63,984 nt of DNA, filler included, from Lenisia limosa (GCA_001655205.1; 17 parts of 17 records of this genome joined end to end with filler, not necessarily neighbours in it); one strand, 5' to 3'; shown: positions 40,060-51,789, numbered from the whole stretch's first letter. The notes: generated from the letters alone by a model not told the origin. Program-made: numbers and translations.

Positions 40060-40570
40060 AATTTATCTTTCCCACATGCCCTGACAATATTTTGATTCAT
40101 CTATCTGCTTTCTTTGCCACGGCCAGAATGGGTGATTTTCTGCTACCAAAGTCAAATGAAAGGGAAAGAAGCCCACCTCTGGACTCTGTGGTTATTGAAG
40201 ACTCCTTTGTGTCCTTTGTTTCAGCCTTTACTAAAAATTCGGCGAGACCTGTTAAGTTTGTGTTTTCAAAAACAGTCAAACAGAAATTATGTCCTGTCAA
40301 GGCAGTTAGTGACCTTTATTCCCAATCTGTTAACAACCCCAGAAACGTTCATCACGCAGTGTTTACATGGCCTTCAGGCCAATTGGTAAGAACAAGAGCT
40401 ATGTATGGGATACTTAGGGAAGATCTTTGCAAAGGCTGGTATTAATGAGGATCTATTCCATCCGCCATACAAGCACGACTTATATATCTGGCTCTGAGGC
40501 CGACAAAATGAGGAGAGGTGGTTAGAAATCGATCAGAATGATGCGTAAATACGTCCATGGATTGATGCAT
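40060..40570 (+). mobile_element. Tyrosine recombinase pseudogene (DIRS/Ngaro/Crypton-type YR domain)
   Basis: Catalytic-domain motifs in order: AFFATARMGDFLLP (R), FTKN (K), LCPVKAV, VFTWPSGQLV, then after a frameshift YSIRHTSTT (HxxR-like) and GG*KSIRMMRKYV (W replaced by a stop; catalytic Y). Confidence 0.8.
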
Positions 40571-40822
40571 TCTTTACTACCATTTTTACCGTGTTTGGGT
40601 TCATTGGGGGGGTGTTTTGAGTCCTTTCAAGACTCTAAAGCACTGTTATCCAACATAGTTGTTCTCCTAACACAGTAAATAATGGTTGAACGAACATTCA
40701 ATACTCGAAATGTCACAACATATTATAAGCATATTTCTATACTATATCTATTTTCACATTGTAAATTAACACTTGTGGTAACAGTTTGGAATGGTATTCA
40801 GAGTGCATACTTGAGGTGAAAT

Positions 40823-41764
40823 AAAACCCGATTTTACCGATTTTTTAATAAACTTTTTGAACAGTTGCCCTCTTATAACGTGAACATCATTAAAAACCAT
40901 TGGAAATATGAAATAATAACTAACACAAATTCCAGGAAATTTAGCACTCTGGGCCGGGCGCCCGGGCCAATTTTCTTCAAAAAACATAACATCTTGCTAC
41001 TGTTGTGATTTTGTGATGTTCTTAAATTTGGAATTAAGTTTGCGGAGGTTTCATAACTTTTGCGATATTTTTTTATTTGTTTGTGACCCAAATGTTCCAG
41101 AAAGTTCGATACTTGCCATATTGGGAAAACAGGGTTACAAAGTCGAAAAAACGGTCACTTCTCATCGTATGTTTCATTGAAACTTCGAATGACTTCAGAA
41201 ACAGAAAGCCAGACCCCCAAAACCCTAAAAATGGTCGAATCGTTTTTGAAATAGCGTAACTAGGCTCGAATAATAAGCCTGACATTTTGACTGAAATTAG
41301 CAACTGTGGAACATTCGAGAATTTTGGTACTTTTAATTTCCGATTCGACCATTTTTAGGGTTTTGGGGGTCTGGCTTTCTGTTTCTGAAGTCATTGGAAG
41401 TTTTAAAGGGCCGTACGATGAGAAACAACTGTTTTTTCGATTTTTTAAACCCTGTTTTTTTCAATTTGGCAAGTGTCGAACTTTCTGGAACATTTGAGTC
41501 ACAAATAAAAAAAAATATCGCAAAGTTATGAAACCTCTGCAAACTTAATTCCAAATCTAAGAACATCACAAAATCACAACAGTAGCAAGATGTTGTCATG
41601 TTTGAAGAAAATTGGCCCTGGCGCCCGGCCCGGGGTGCCAAATTTTCCGAAATTTGTGAAATTTTACATTTAGTTATTATTTCATATTTCCAATGGCTTT
41701 TAATGATGTTCACGTTATAAGAGGGCAACTGTTCAAAAAGAAAAGGTCGGGTATAATCGGGTTT
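40823..41764. mobile_element. Foldback-type element with ~420-bp imperfect inverted arms and 98-bp spacer
   Basis: Left arm ~40823-41242 and right arm 41341-~41764 are reverse complements, e.g. GAACAGTTGCCCTCTTATAACGTGAACATCATTAAAA / TTTTAATGATGTTCACGTTATAAGAGGGCAACTGTTC. No coding capacity. Confidence 0.92.
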
Positions 41765-42195
41765 AGTGTCGGTAGCAAATATATATTGACAAAATGTGTG
41801 TGTGCGTGCGTGTGTGTGTGGCATCAAGATCTTGTAAAAATCTCTAGAATATGCTGAAAATATCAAGTAAATACCTGGATAACAGTTGCCCTAAGATCAT
41901 TTTAGCTGGTGAATAAACACCATGTTGAACATCTTCTTGACCTTACTTCACTTGATTTTGATGTAAGAAAAGTTGTGTTTTTGGAGAATTTTGGTCATTT
42001 CTCTAGAAATATGACATTTCCCACTCCATCTTGCGTATGTATGTATTGAGAAAACAAAGCACCTACCACCACCACCACCCCACACACACACACACNNNNN
42101 NNNNNNNNNNNNNNNNNNNNNNNNNNNNNNNNNNNNNNNTTAATTAATTAANNNNNNNNNNNNNNNNNNNNNNNNNNNNNNNNNNNNNNNNNNNN

Positions 42196-42370
42196 CAATA
42201 TAATATACACAATATATACACAATATAATATACACAATATATACACAATATAATACACACAATATATACACAATATAATATACACAATATATACACAATA
42301 TATTATACACAATATATACACAATATATACACAATATATACACAATATTGTATATTACACAATATATACA
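42196..42370. repeat. AT-rich degenerate tandem repeat (CAATATATACA-type)
   Basis: Repeating CAATATAATATACA/CAATATATACA units at the scaffold start. Confidence 0.9.
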
Positions 42371-42666
42371 CCCATGTACATGGGGGTATGGGGTCTGGGT
42401 AAGATATGTATATATATTTAAGATTTATTTCTGATGTAATGAGAGTTCACCGATTACAGTTTTTAAACTATCAGAAATTCGTGATGTTACTGATTTCATT
42501 GTTTATGGACAATAGTAAATTGCATGGGAAAACAAAGATTTTTCAGGAGTATTCGTTGACCCCGAATTTTGAAAATAAATCTACTATATATCTTCATGGG
42601 GTCATTGGGTCACAAAATACTTATAGTAGTATATTATGTATATGCATATATTGGATGACCGCCCTC

Positions 42667-42785
42667 GGTCAAGACTTATCACGGTCAGGTCAAGACTTAT
42701 CACGGTCACTGTATCGTATCCAAAGCACTGTCACCCTCGGTCAAGACTTATCACGGTCACTGTATTGTATCCAAAGCACTGTCAA
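42667..42785. repeat. Tandem array of the right TIR of the CAGTG-type MITE
   Basis: GGTCAAGACTTATCACGGTCA occurs three times; two copies continue CTGTAT(C/T)GTATCCAAAGCACTGTCA. Confidence 0.85.
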
Positions 42786-42979
42786 GCCTCATTTCTTCAG
42801 AACGTACACCCCAGGAGCAAAGATCGAAATATACAACGCACCAATAAAACATGGAGTCCTCGTTTTGACCCCTGTTTGTGCCAAAATGCTCGGAGGATTT
42901 GTCTACCAATTTAAGCAGTGAGGGGCACTAATATTACGTGTTTTTTTTTTCCAAACATTTCCCATTTACTCCAACCCAG

Positions 42980-45900
42980 TCGAGGGTCTTCTGCAGTGGA
43001 GCACAATAACCCTGAACCGGACCAAGCAGATCCCACCAATGTACGTGGGGGCTGGATGCAGTGCTGCAGAAGCGACTGGCCTGAGCTTTGTTTGTTTTGT
43101 CATTTTTAGCCCTCAAACCAACAGAGTTAATTTGGGGTTGTTTTTAACCCTCAAACCAACAGAGTTGATTTGAGGTTGTTTTTTGTTTCATAATTCACGT
43201 CCACCCCCCTCCACCAAAAGTGGCAATTCGAATTTGAGGAAGTAACACCACTGAAGTGGGCACTTTTCCACTCGTCGCGAAAACAGTCCTTTTTCGTAGA
43301 CATTACTAATTTCCATCAAAGTCGTTTTTTCTGATCAAAATTGTACTAGGGGAAGCATTGTGCATACCTGCATGTAACACTAACTCTTCAGACTACTTCT
43401 GCAGGCCCCGAAGATGGTCACAGTCCACCCCAACAACAACCGCCTATTAATCCAGTGCAGCATCACTCTAGTTACCCCCCACAGCCACCCCATAAACAAC
43501 AGCCTCAGCGGCACCAAACTGCCCAACACCCACCCACCAACTTCCCTCAAAACTCGGAACCAGAACCCCAGCAATTCTCTCCGTTCCCCCAGAATAATAC
43601 CAATTATCCGCCGAATCAGAATCCGAACCCACAGAATCCCAGTAACCAATTCCAGCAATTTATGGCCCCCCAAGCTGGGCGGCCCTCTATATTCCCTCCG
43701 AGCCATAATCAAACGAAATCCTCTAGGTGGGGGGGGGGGNNNNNNNNNNNNNNNNNNNNNNNNNNNNNNNNNNNNNNNNNNNNNNNNNNNNNNNNNNNNN
43801 NNNNNNNNNNNNNNNNNNNNNNCACTATTTTCTGAAATTTCACTTCATCCCTTTACCCAACCCCTTTCCTGTTTTTCTTTTTTCTGACATATACTTTGTT
43901 TTTTTGACAATCCAACTGTTTTAGTCGAGCCACGTCCCCGGCTCTGAGTAACCACTCTGTAAAGTCAAATCAAAGTGTCCAAAGCAATCAAAGCAACCAA
44001 AGTAACCAAAGCAAGCAGAGTAATCAGACGAGGGCTAGCAATAAGCAGTATCCTCCTCCTATGTATAGTAATCAGAGTAATCAAAGTAATCAAGGCAATA
44101 CTTCCACGCCCCATAGTCGTGCGTCTCCCAATGAGGTTGGTGACTTGCCTCTTTTGGCAGTTTTAGACTGTATTAGGGTCTTTTGAAAGGGGACATTTTT
44201 GTGTCAACCTATTTATTGACAATTTTTCAGTCCAATAAGCCGCACTCCCCTCAAAGAAACACAGCTTCTGTAAGAGGAGCAACTTGATGTCGTTTTTTTG
44301 AAAGATATTGTTTCATAGATTTGTTCAATAGTCCTATTTGAAATCATCGGAGGACTCAATTTTTTATCTTTCTTCTATAAGTCTCAAGATTTGATAACTC
44401 AGTGTTAGTTGCTTTGCTTTATTTTTTACGGAATTTTGATTTAACATGAGCTACCTCAAGAAACCTCTTTGCTTAAATATCAGTTTACTTGTTAGGACAG
44501 TTCCACACTAGCCTCATCCGCAGCAAATGCCCCTTGTTTGTCGGGATTTGGAGCCTTATTCGTTATTACAGGGATATATTCATGAAGTTATCAAACCTCG
44601 ATCAAAAGATCCAGGAATAGTCTTGACGCCATTAACCCATTAGTGCCCCGTACCGTGTCACGACAGGCATCGGGCTCGGAGTTGTCCGAACGGTCCACAC
44701 CAGACTCAAGAAAAACTAAGGCCCCTGATGCCAAGGGTGGGAGATGGGTGAAAAGGAGATAAGGAGCTTGGCATATTATTGGAACTACAAAACGATGTGT
44801 ATAATACATAATTACTTTTTTCGTTTCCTTTTTGACAATTTAGGATCAGCAAGGAAGAAGCCCAACACTACCCCAGGTTTGGATAAAATACACTTATCAT
44901 ATGTTCCTTCACAGAAATCCTCGATATCCTCTCAATCTATCACCACTCTTTTTCGAAGAATGACCCCAATATTAGTGTTGTACTCTGCGTTATTTACAGT
45001 TTTCAAGTAATTATGTTTATTTTTGAAATTCAAGGGATCGTGCTGTTAGTATGCCAATTCAAGGGATCGTGTTGTTAGTATGCCAATTCTAGGGATCGTG
45101 TCGTTAGTATGCCAATTCAAGGGATCGTGTCGTTAATATGCCAATTCAAGGGTTCGTGTCGTTAATATGCCAATTCAAGGGTTCGTGTCGTTAGTATGCC
45201 AGCCCCCCTTAAAATTTAATTGTCAAGCAAAACCAATTCAGAGTCCTGCACCAACTATACAGTACTTGTCATAAACACGCCTGCATCTAAGATCATATTC
45301 CTGTTGGAATGTCTCATATTCCAGTACAACCGTCAGTTGCAGTGTCCGATTCTGACAGCGAATTTGAGGACTGAAGATGGTGGGCTTTCACGTTGCAAAT
45401 GAAAAAATAGACAATGATAAGTTATTTTTATCGAAGACCCTCCCTGATTTTATTTATGCTCTAGAAAACTCTTGAACCGCAAGGTCGTGAATGCTCTGCT
45501 GCTGCTGCTGTTAGTGATGTAATCCGAAGGCGCTGTTTGTTTTTATGGATCTGATTTTGTTGTGTTTTGTGATTGAAGTGAATGTAGAAAATGTGTGTGC
45601 CCCTTCATTTACATCCTTGGGTGGATTGAAACATCAAGTAAATAATGTATAAGTGTATGTGTTTCCAATCCTCTTACAATTCTACAATTAAAAGGTCTTT
45701 TGAGATTGGCCATGTTCCAATTTGGATATTTCATTGAAGTATATTAATTTGCTATTGAAAGGCATTGGAAAGGCATTGATAAAAAAGCCTGAGTAATATA
45801 GTAATATAATGTGAATACAGCAGCACAGCAGAAATACGATGGGTAACCTAGCCTTAGAGTAGGACAAAATGACAAATCTCCGCGGCCGGAATTGGTTATA

Positions 45901-48900
45901 AGCAAAAAACATGAAATTTTTTTTTGTCTCGTTTAAGACAAGGAGGCGTCCATTTCGTTCAGTTTTCTATGTATTTGTACGTTTTGAGTAGCCAAAATGC
46001 CAGATTCCCCTCAAACGGTTTGCTTTTACTTAATATTCGCCAACTACAGCTTCCCCTTTCAGTTTATCAATCTTTTAATATTGTCTAGGAGCTAAACGCG
46101 AAGTTTCAGAGGATTCTAAATAACCTCCAGTTTGTGGCTCTTTAAATGGGTTTTATTGTAGTTTTTCGTTGCTAAACATGTATTATCTAATAAAGAAACC
46201 CACTGATTGCGGTTTAGACCAGTTGAAGGAAAAGCATGGACCAAGTTCAAGAGAAGGCAACTCGAGCTGAACCCTTCCGGTATGCTAAAGCTCTTTCTGA
46301 GAGTATAAAATGCCAATAAGGCTAATCCGAACCCTCCAGCGTTCAGCACGGACGTCAGCGATCATGGCAGCCTATCTCCTCGCCGAATGACCCGTCCGCG
46401 TAACAGGACCAAGCCAATGACTTCTGCTCTCCTTCCTGACCAAGAAAAACACCGTATTAACGAGGCAATCTTCAAGCAGAAGGTCTACACGCCTCAGACC
46501 GTCAAGCCTCTCTACACCTCATCCAAGATCATCAAGCCTACCACGCACACCCCCAAGCTTCCTTCCGAGCGGATCCGTGCAAGGCGCGAAGCCTCCTTGT
46601 TAGGTATGAGGATGGAATTGGGGGCAATAAGCGTGTTGACGATTGTATTTACCTTGGTCCTGATGTTAGGTTTCTTTTGTCATAACCTTGTCAAATTGAC
46701 TGTGATCTGGCTCTGTATTTTGGGTTTCTCTCCGTCGAAAATGACTGAATATACATCTAGGGTTCTCTAATACTACCGTTTTTGGACCTGTGACTACCTT
46801 AGGGAATTCAGGACATAAATGCCTCTCTTTCCCTCACTCATTGTTCTGTTGAACCTCACTCATTGTTCTATTGAACCTCACTCATTGTTCGATTGAACCT
46901 CACTCATTGTTCTGTTGAACCTGTTCATTGAACTTCCGTAATGCATTTCGTTTTCACTTTGGTAATCCGCTGTCTCATGTATTGTATCTTTAGTAATCCG
47001 ACTTTTGATTTTCTTTCACCAACTCTTACTATTTACCGCAAAGGAACATCATTAAGCATCATTAACCAGCTGACCTGGTTCCTCAATTCTTGTTCTAAAA
47101 CTATCTGATTTGATCCTGCAATTCTATCTGATAACTTTCATTCCCGACTTATTGTTACACTTCGCCAAATAAGTTGTCATTATGAGCATTGCCTACCACG
47201 CATCATTAATATCGTCACCAATCCTCATCTTAATGCAAAGCATTTTTAGTATCTCACTACTCCTCATCTTAATGCAAAGCATATAGTATCTCACCTGTCG
47301 CCATCTTAATGCAAAAGCATCATATCAACTTACTCTCATCCAGCTTATCCATTTTACTATACCATTTCTCTCGGTAATCTACCGATGTGTCATTCTAACC
47401 TTCTCAAAAGCGATGAAACACCCTTCCTCAAGTATTTATGTACTTCCATGAATTTATGTTTTCACACCCACCCTCAACAGGCCCGGCAGAACCCTCCTCG
47501 ATAGGACCGGCAGAACCCTCTACTATTGCTGCCCCCTCCCCAAAACATGTCTCAACTCTCATTAAACACTCGGGTAGGGAGAGATATAGGTGGTGAGGGT
47601 GTTGGAGAGGTATAGGTGGTGAGGGTGTTGGAGAGGTACGATGACAAGGGCGTCACTTCGGTTTAAAAAATACCGGTACAATATCGAGGATTTATCGAAA
47701 AACGCATTTTTTTGAACCAAAAGATAACCCATCATTCTTTTCTATCTAATTTAGACTTCTTCACGTTTCAAACGTTATTAGGTTTCTTTTATTCAAAAAT
47801 GGTACTAACAATTCAATCTCTCCCCCATTCATTACAATATAATCTATTTTCGGCTTTTTTTATTTATAATTTTCCAATTATACATACCTTTACACCAATA
47901 TTTCGTCGAAATTTCCTTCATTATCACTCAATACCCCTAGGTACCAAGGCAAAGTCCCTGCCACGAAGCCCGGTGGTTTCCACCCACCCCTCGCCGCCTA
48001 GCCTCTCACCTTCCCCAGGTATGATTAAAGCTGGCTGCTAAATCGGGGAATGATCATGAATTGGAACTGGTGCTCTTTTTGACCAAAATCTTGGATGTTT
48101 GGCCTGGCTACGGCTAAAATGACGTCATGAATCTGTATTGTTCAACGTTACTTTGTTTGGGTCATCCCGTTGGTGATAAATCAACGCCAAAGCCAACCAT
48201 ATTCCATCATCTTACGCCGCCTCAGCCCCCCGCAAGCCCACTCCCCAGCGGATGGGCAAATCCTTGCGGCCTGGCCCGGATCCCGAGTTCCCCGATGTCA
48301 AGTGTGAAGTGTTCGAGTTTGCCAAGGTTTGTGGGGGTGGTCAGTCGTGTTTTTTATTCCGCGAAATCCGATTGGAAAATGTGTTATATTTGTAGATAAT
48401 ATGATGGTGAGGAATGCTGTGGTCAACCATTGCCTTGTTTCTCATATGAAATATGAAACAGCATCCCATTTTATCCCCCCCCCCCAGGATGACCGCCTAC
48501 CCCCATGTCCCACTGCCCGCTCTATCTCGCCAACTGTATTTGACGAGTCCTTCCTGGAGCGCTTGCCGGCCTTTAGAAAGGAGGTATGAGGCCTCGGATT
48601 GGATTCACATTTTATGTTGTGTTGACCTTATTGTGATAATTCCGGGCCCCTTTTGCTGACCTTAATGTAATAATTCCGGACCCATTTCTGATCTTTATCT
48701 AATTCGTAATAAAGGACTCGTCATTACACTAACAAAATGGTGGATTTCGTTGATTAGATTTCTACCCGATATTTTCGTCTATCCGTCTCTGACCTCCCAG
48801 TGTCGACTCCTTACCATCCCGAAGTTCAAGCAGACGCTTGACGATCCAGATTACTCCGATGATGAAAGAAGGTTGGGGAAAATGGGGACGCTTTGACGCG

Positions 48901-49315
48901 GTCTTTTACAGCATGCGAACAGTTAATCGATAAATGTCAGTGACAATTCTCATAAACCCTTGAAATATCAGTAAAAGTTTGAATAAACCCTTGAACTATC
49001 AGTAAAAGTTCTAAAGCTCTAATAAACCCTTGAAATGTCAGTAAAAGTTCACTCCCCCCCCCCCCGTACCTACTTGATAATCTTGTAGGGAATACATCAA
49101 CAACATCCAGGAGAGGAATGAGAATGAGCAAGAGGAGAAAGAAGGCTATGAAGAGCTTCTCGAGCATCTCAAGAAGGTATGGAGGAATGCTAGATAACAT
49201 TGAAAGCTGCCTTTTCTTTAACACACCAGGAGAGGGCCCAGGACTTTATGAGTCGAAAGAAGCCCGGCCTGCTCTCACGCCAGCGTCAACTCCTGCACGA
49301 CTACTACGAAAACGT
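42980..49315 (+). CDS. Large hypothetical protein with P/Q/N/S-rich disordered N-terminal region (partial)
   Basis: Many GT-AG exons: PQ/N-rich 43386-43726, SNQ repeats ~43925-44133, TDVSDHGSLSPRRMTRPR.. ~46350-46602, then ordered C-terminal exons FDESFLERLPAFRKE / CRLLTIPKFKQTLDDPDYSDDER / EYINNIQER..LLEHLKK / ERAQDFMSRKK. A single gene is assumed but not fully phased. Confidence 0.6.
45027..45200. repeat. 29-bp minisatellite, 6 units
   Basis: AATTCAAGGG(A/T)TCGTGTCGTTA(G/A)TATGCC x6, no spacers. Confidence 0.95.
46833..46920. repeat. 22-bp minisatellite, 4 units
   Basis: CCTCACTCATTGTTCTGTTGAA x4. Confidence 0.9.
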
Positions 49316-49415
49316 NNNNNNNNNNNNNNNNNNNNNNNNNNNNNNNNNNNNNNNNNNNNTTAATTAATTAANNNNNNNNNNNNNNNNNNNNNNNNNNNNN
49401 NNNNNNNNNNNNNNN

Positions 49416-50975
49416 GATCTCCACTCAGAACAAAAAGTAATAGCTCCTAAGGAGTTTAATGAAATTAGTGTTTCCCATTTATCAATTAATGGATTTGAAG
49501 TTACCAACAATAGTCAGCTTATTGAATTTCGTGGAGCTGACATAGAGGCATATCACAACTTTGGTAAAAATGAAATAGTTCAAGATTTTGTTTTGGACAA
49601 TTTCAGTGTGGTTGACTATTGGTCATTAAAAGCTGCAGGTATTGTAAATAATGGACTTCCATCGGCTACTGGAAAGTCAATTAAATTATCATTATACAAA
49701 ATCGAAGGAGAAAGTGAAACATTACTAAATACCACACAGCGTGGAGTTGTTGAAAAATATACAGTAGTTTATGAAGCTGATGGAACAACTATACAAAGTA
49801 AAACCTTTAATAGAGTTAAAGCATTTACCCCATTTTATATGAACGATGTGGAAACTAAAATTGAAGCAGGATTGCCTTATAGATTAAAACTTTCTTGTTC
49901 AGATCCTGATGCAGAACTAATGGTATTTTCATACAATCAAACTGATGAACCAATTAGTATTAAAGTTAACGGTGTTGAAACAGGTAAATTAGTAAGTGGG
50001 AGATTATTTGGAGTAGATAGTTCCTCTGAAATACCTTTACTTGAAAAAACTTATGATGACGTCAGTAAAACATCATATATCAATTGTCCAGCCAGATTAC
50101 AGGTTGGAAATATTACTGATTTAGAAACCAGTGTAAATAGTAATATTACTGCAATCACTACTTTAAACAACGATGTAATAGACATAAATAGTGCAATAGC
50201 CACATTACAAGTTGAAGATACTAATATGGTAAATAATATTTTAACTAATAGTGATAAAATTGCAGTGTTAGAAAGTAATAGTGGAACTGATTTAACCAGC
50301 GTTGAGAATAGATTAACTACTGTTGAAGGAACAAGTAACGCTAATACTGGAGCTATAACAAACATCAATACAACTTTAGGTACTCATACTACGTCAATTT
50401 CAAATATCAATACTACAATTAATCCTTATGCTTCTTATTTTAATGTTGTTAAAGAGAGAATAAATAATATGATGTCACTTCAAGGGGTAGTTGGTATGAC
50501 TGCTCATCAAAATCAAATTACAAGCGTTAGTGCAATTCCAGATGGAGTTACAAGTGTATCAATTCCCTTTGAATTTGGTACCGGAATAACCAATTATGTT
50601 GAAGCATATAATAACAAAGCCGACGGAAAGATGACTATTCTTAAAGACTGTACGTTCCTAGCCGAGATAAATTTATATTTTAATAATGCAGTCAACGAAG
50701 GTGATCCTGACAGCTTTAACGTTGCTTTGGCTGTCAATGGAGTTGATAGTTGGTACCATACTGTAAGGTCAGAAACAATGCCTACAACGTTTACAATAAA
50801 CTCCACCAGAATATTATCATTGGTAGCTGGTGATGTAATTCAACTAGTTATTGATCATAATGGAAGAAACGGGCTAACACATGGAGGTAGTGATTATTAT
50901 CAAGAATCCCAATGGAGTTTAACAATACTCTCTCCCAAAGAACTAAGACAGCAGTCACCGATTTGGGAATTTTAA
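49416..50975 (+). CDS. Intronless virus-like fibre/adhesin protein: N-terminal domain, trimeric coiled coil, C1q/TNF-like head (5' truncated, >=519 aa)
   Basis: The frame is open from the scaffold start (59 codons upstream of the called 49593). There are no introns and codons end mostly in A/T, unlike host exons. N/T-rich heptads (ITDLETSVNSNITAITTLNNDV..LTSVENRLTTVEGTSNANTGAITNINTTL) precede a beta-sandwich head ending FNVALAVNG..STRILSLVAGDVIQLVI..SQWSLTIL. Confidence 0.75.
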   Translation, partial: DLHSEQKVIAPKEFNEISVSHLSINGFEVTNNSQLIEFRGADIEAYHNFGKNEIVQDFVLDNFSVVDYWSLKAAGIVNNGLPSATGKSIKLSLYKIEGESETLLNTTQRGVVEKYTVVYEADGTTIQSKTFNRVKAFTPFYMNDVETKIEAGLPYRLKLSCSDPDAELMVFSYNQTDEPISIKVNGVETGKLVSGRLFGVDSSSEIPLLEKTYDDVSKTSYINCPARLQVGNITDLETSVNSNITAITTLNNDVIDINSAIATLQVEDTNMVNNILTNSDKIAVLESNSGTDLTSVENRLTTVEGTSNANTGAITNINTTLGTHTTSISNINTTINPYASYFNVVKERINNMMSLQGVVGMTAHQNQITSVSAIPDGVTSVSIPFEFGTGITNYVEAYNNKADGKMTILKDCTFLAEINLYFNNAVNEGDPDSFNVALAVNGVDSWYHTVRSETMPTTFTINSTRILSLVAGDVIQLVIDHNGRNGLTHGGSDYYQESQWSLTILSPKELRQQSPIWEF

Positions 50976-51789
50976 ATATATATATATATCTATAAAATAC
51001 CCGATAGGGTCGTACCCCTAGAAATTAATATTTAATACCCTCAACAAAAATTCCTGAAATCGTAGAAGGCGTTCTTAGCTTAAGCTAATGCTTGATTAAG
51101 TTAAGCCACTTACCTAAGTAACAACAAATGGAGAGGAGATNNNNNNNNNNNNNNNNNNNNNNNNNNNNNNNNNNNNNNNNNNNNTTAATTAATTAANNNN
51201 NNNNNNNNNNNNNNNNNNNNNNNNNNNNNNNNNNNNNNNNAAAAGCCAGACAAAAACACAAAAACAAAAACAAGCCCGAGCCAGCCTTTGAAGAGTCCCA
51301 TCACTGCTCGATCACCCAAACGTGTGATATAATATAGTATAGTATATGCAAATAAGATAAAAGATGAGAGGGGGAGGGGAGGGTTATCAATAAGTCCTGA
51401 CAATATTTTTGTTTGATCTTTAGTCAATCATGTCAGGAATATTTACGATTTTATAATTATGTATTGACATCAAAGGCATGAACAAAAGACTCTAGGATCT
51501 CTGTTAGATTCTGACGTTGTGTGGTCGTGGAAATGGCTGCAAGCTAATATTCCATCTGGTAAAACACAGTTTTCTTGACTTTGTTTACAAGGGACTCCTA
51601 TCTACAATGGTATATTCAAAGATAATCACAACATTGTGTGAATACAGATCAAATAAAGGCTGTCCCTGACGAGATGGTTAAACCACTTGGAACCTCAATG
51701 AAGTATCACAATCCTCAATCATAGAAATCTTTTGTTAACTTGGTGAGGGATAATTATTACCATAAATGGTAAGTGTTTTTTTAACGAAT

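Larger units (their letters stand above)
13105..42785. mobile_element. Tc1/mariner-type MITE, TIR CAGTGACCGGGATAAGTCTTGACC, ~70-105 bp
   Basis: Copies at 13105-13172, 16856-16927, 17278-17342 and 18024-18128; halves at ~18852, 31251, 32648 and 42667-42785. TA-CAGTG..CACTG-TA ends are typical of Tc1/mariner. Confidence 0.82.

Noticed and set aside
45027-45200. CRISPR array (also considered for 4933-5015)
   Set aside because: Units are contiguous with no unique spacers, lie in a eukaryotic intron context and have no cas genes nearby.
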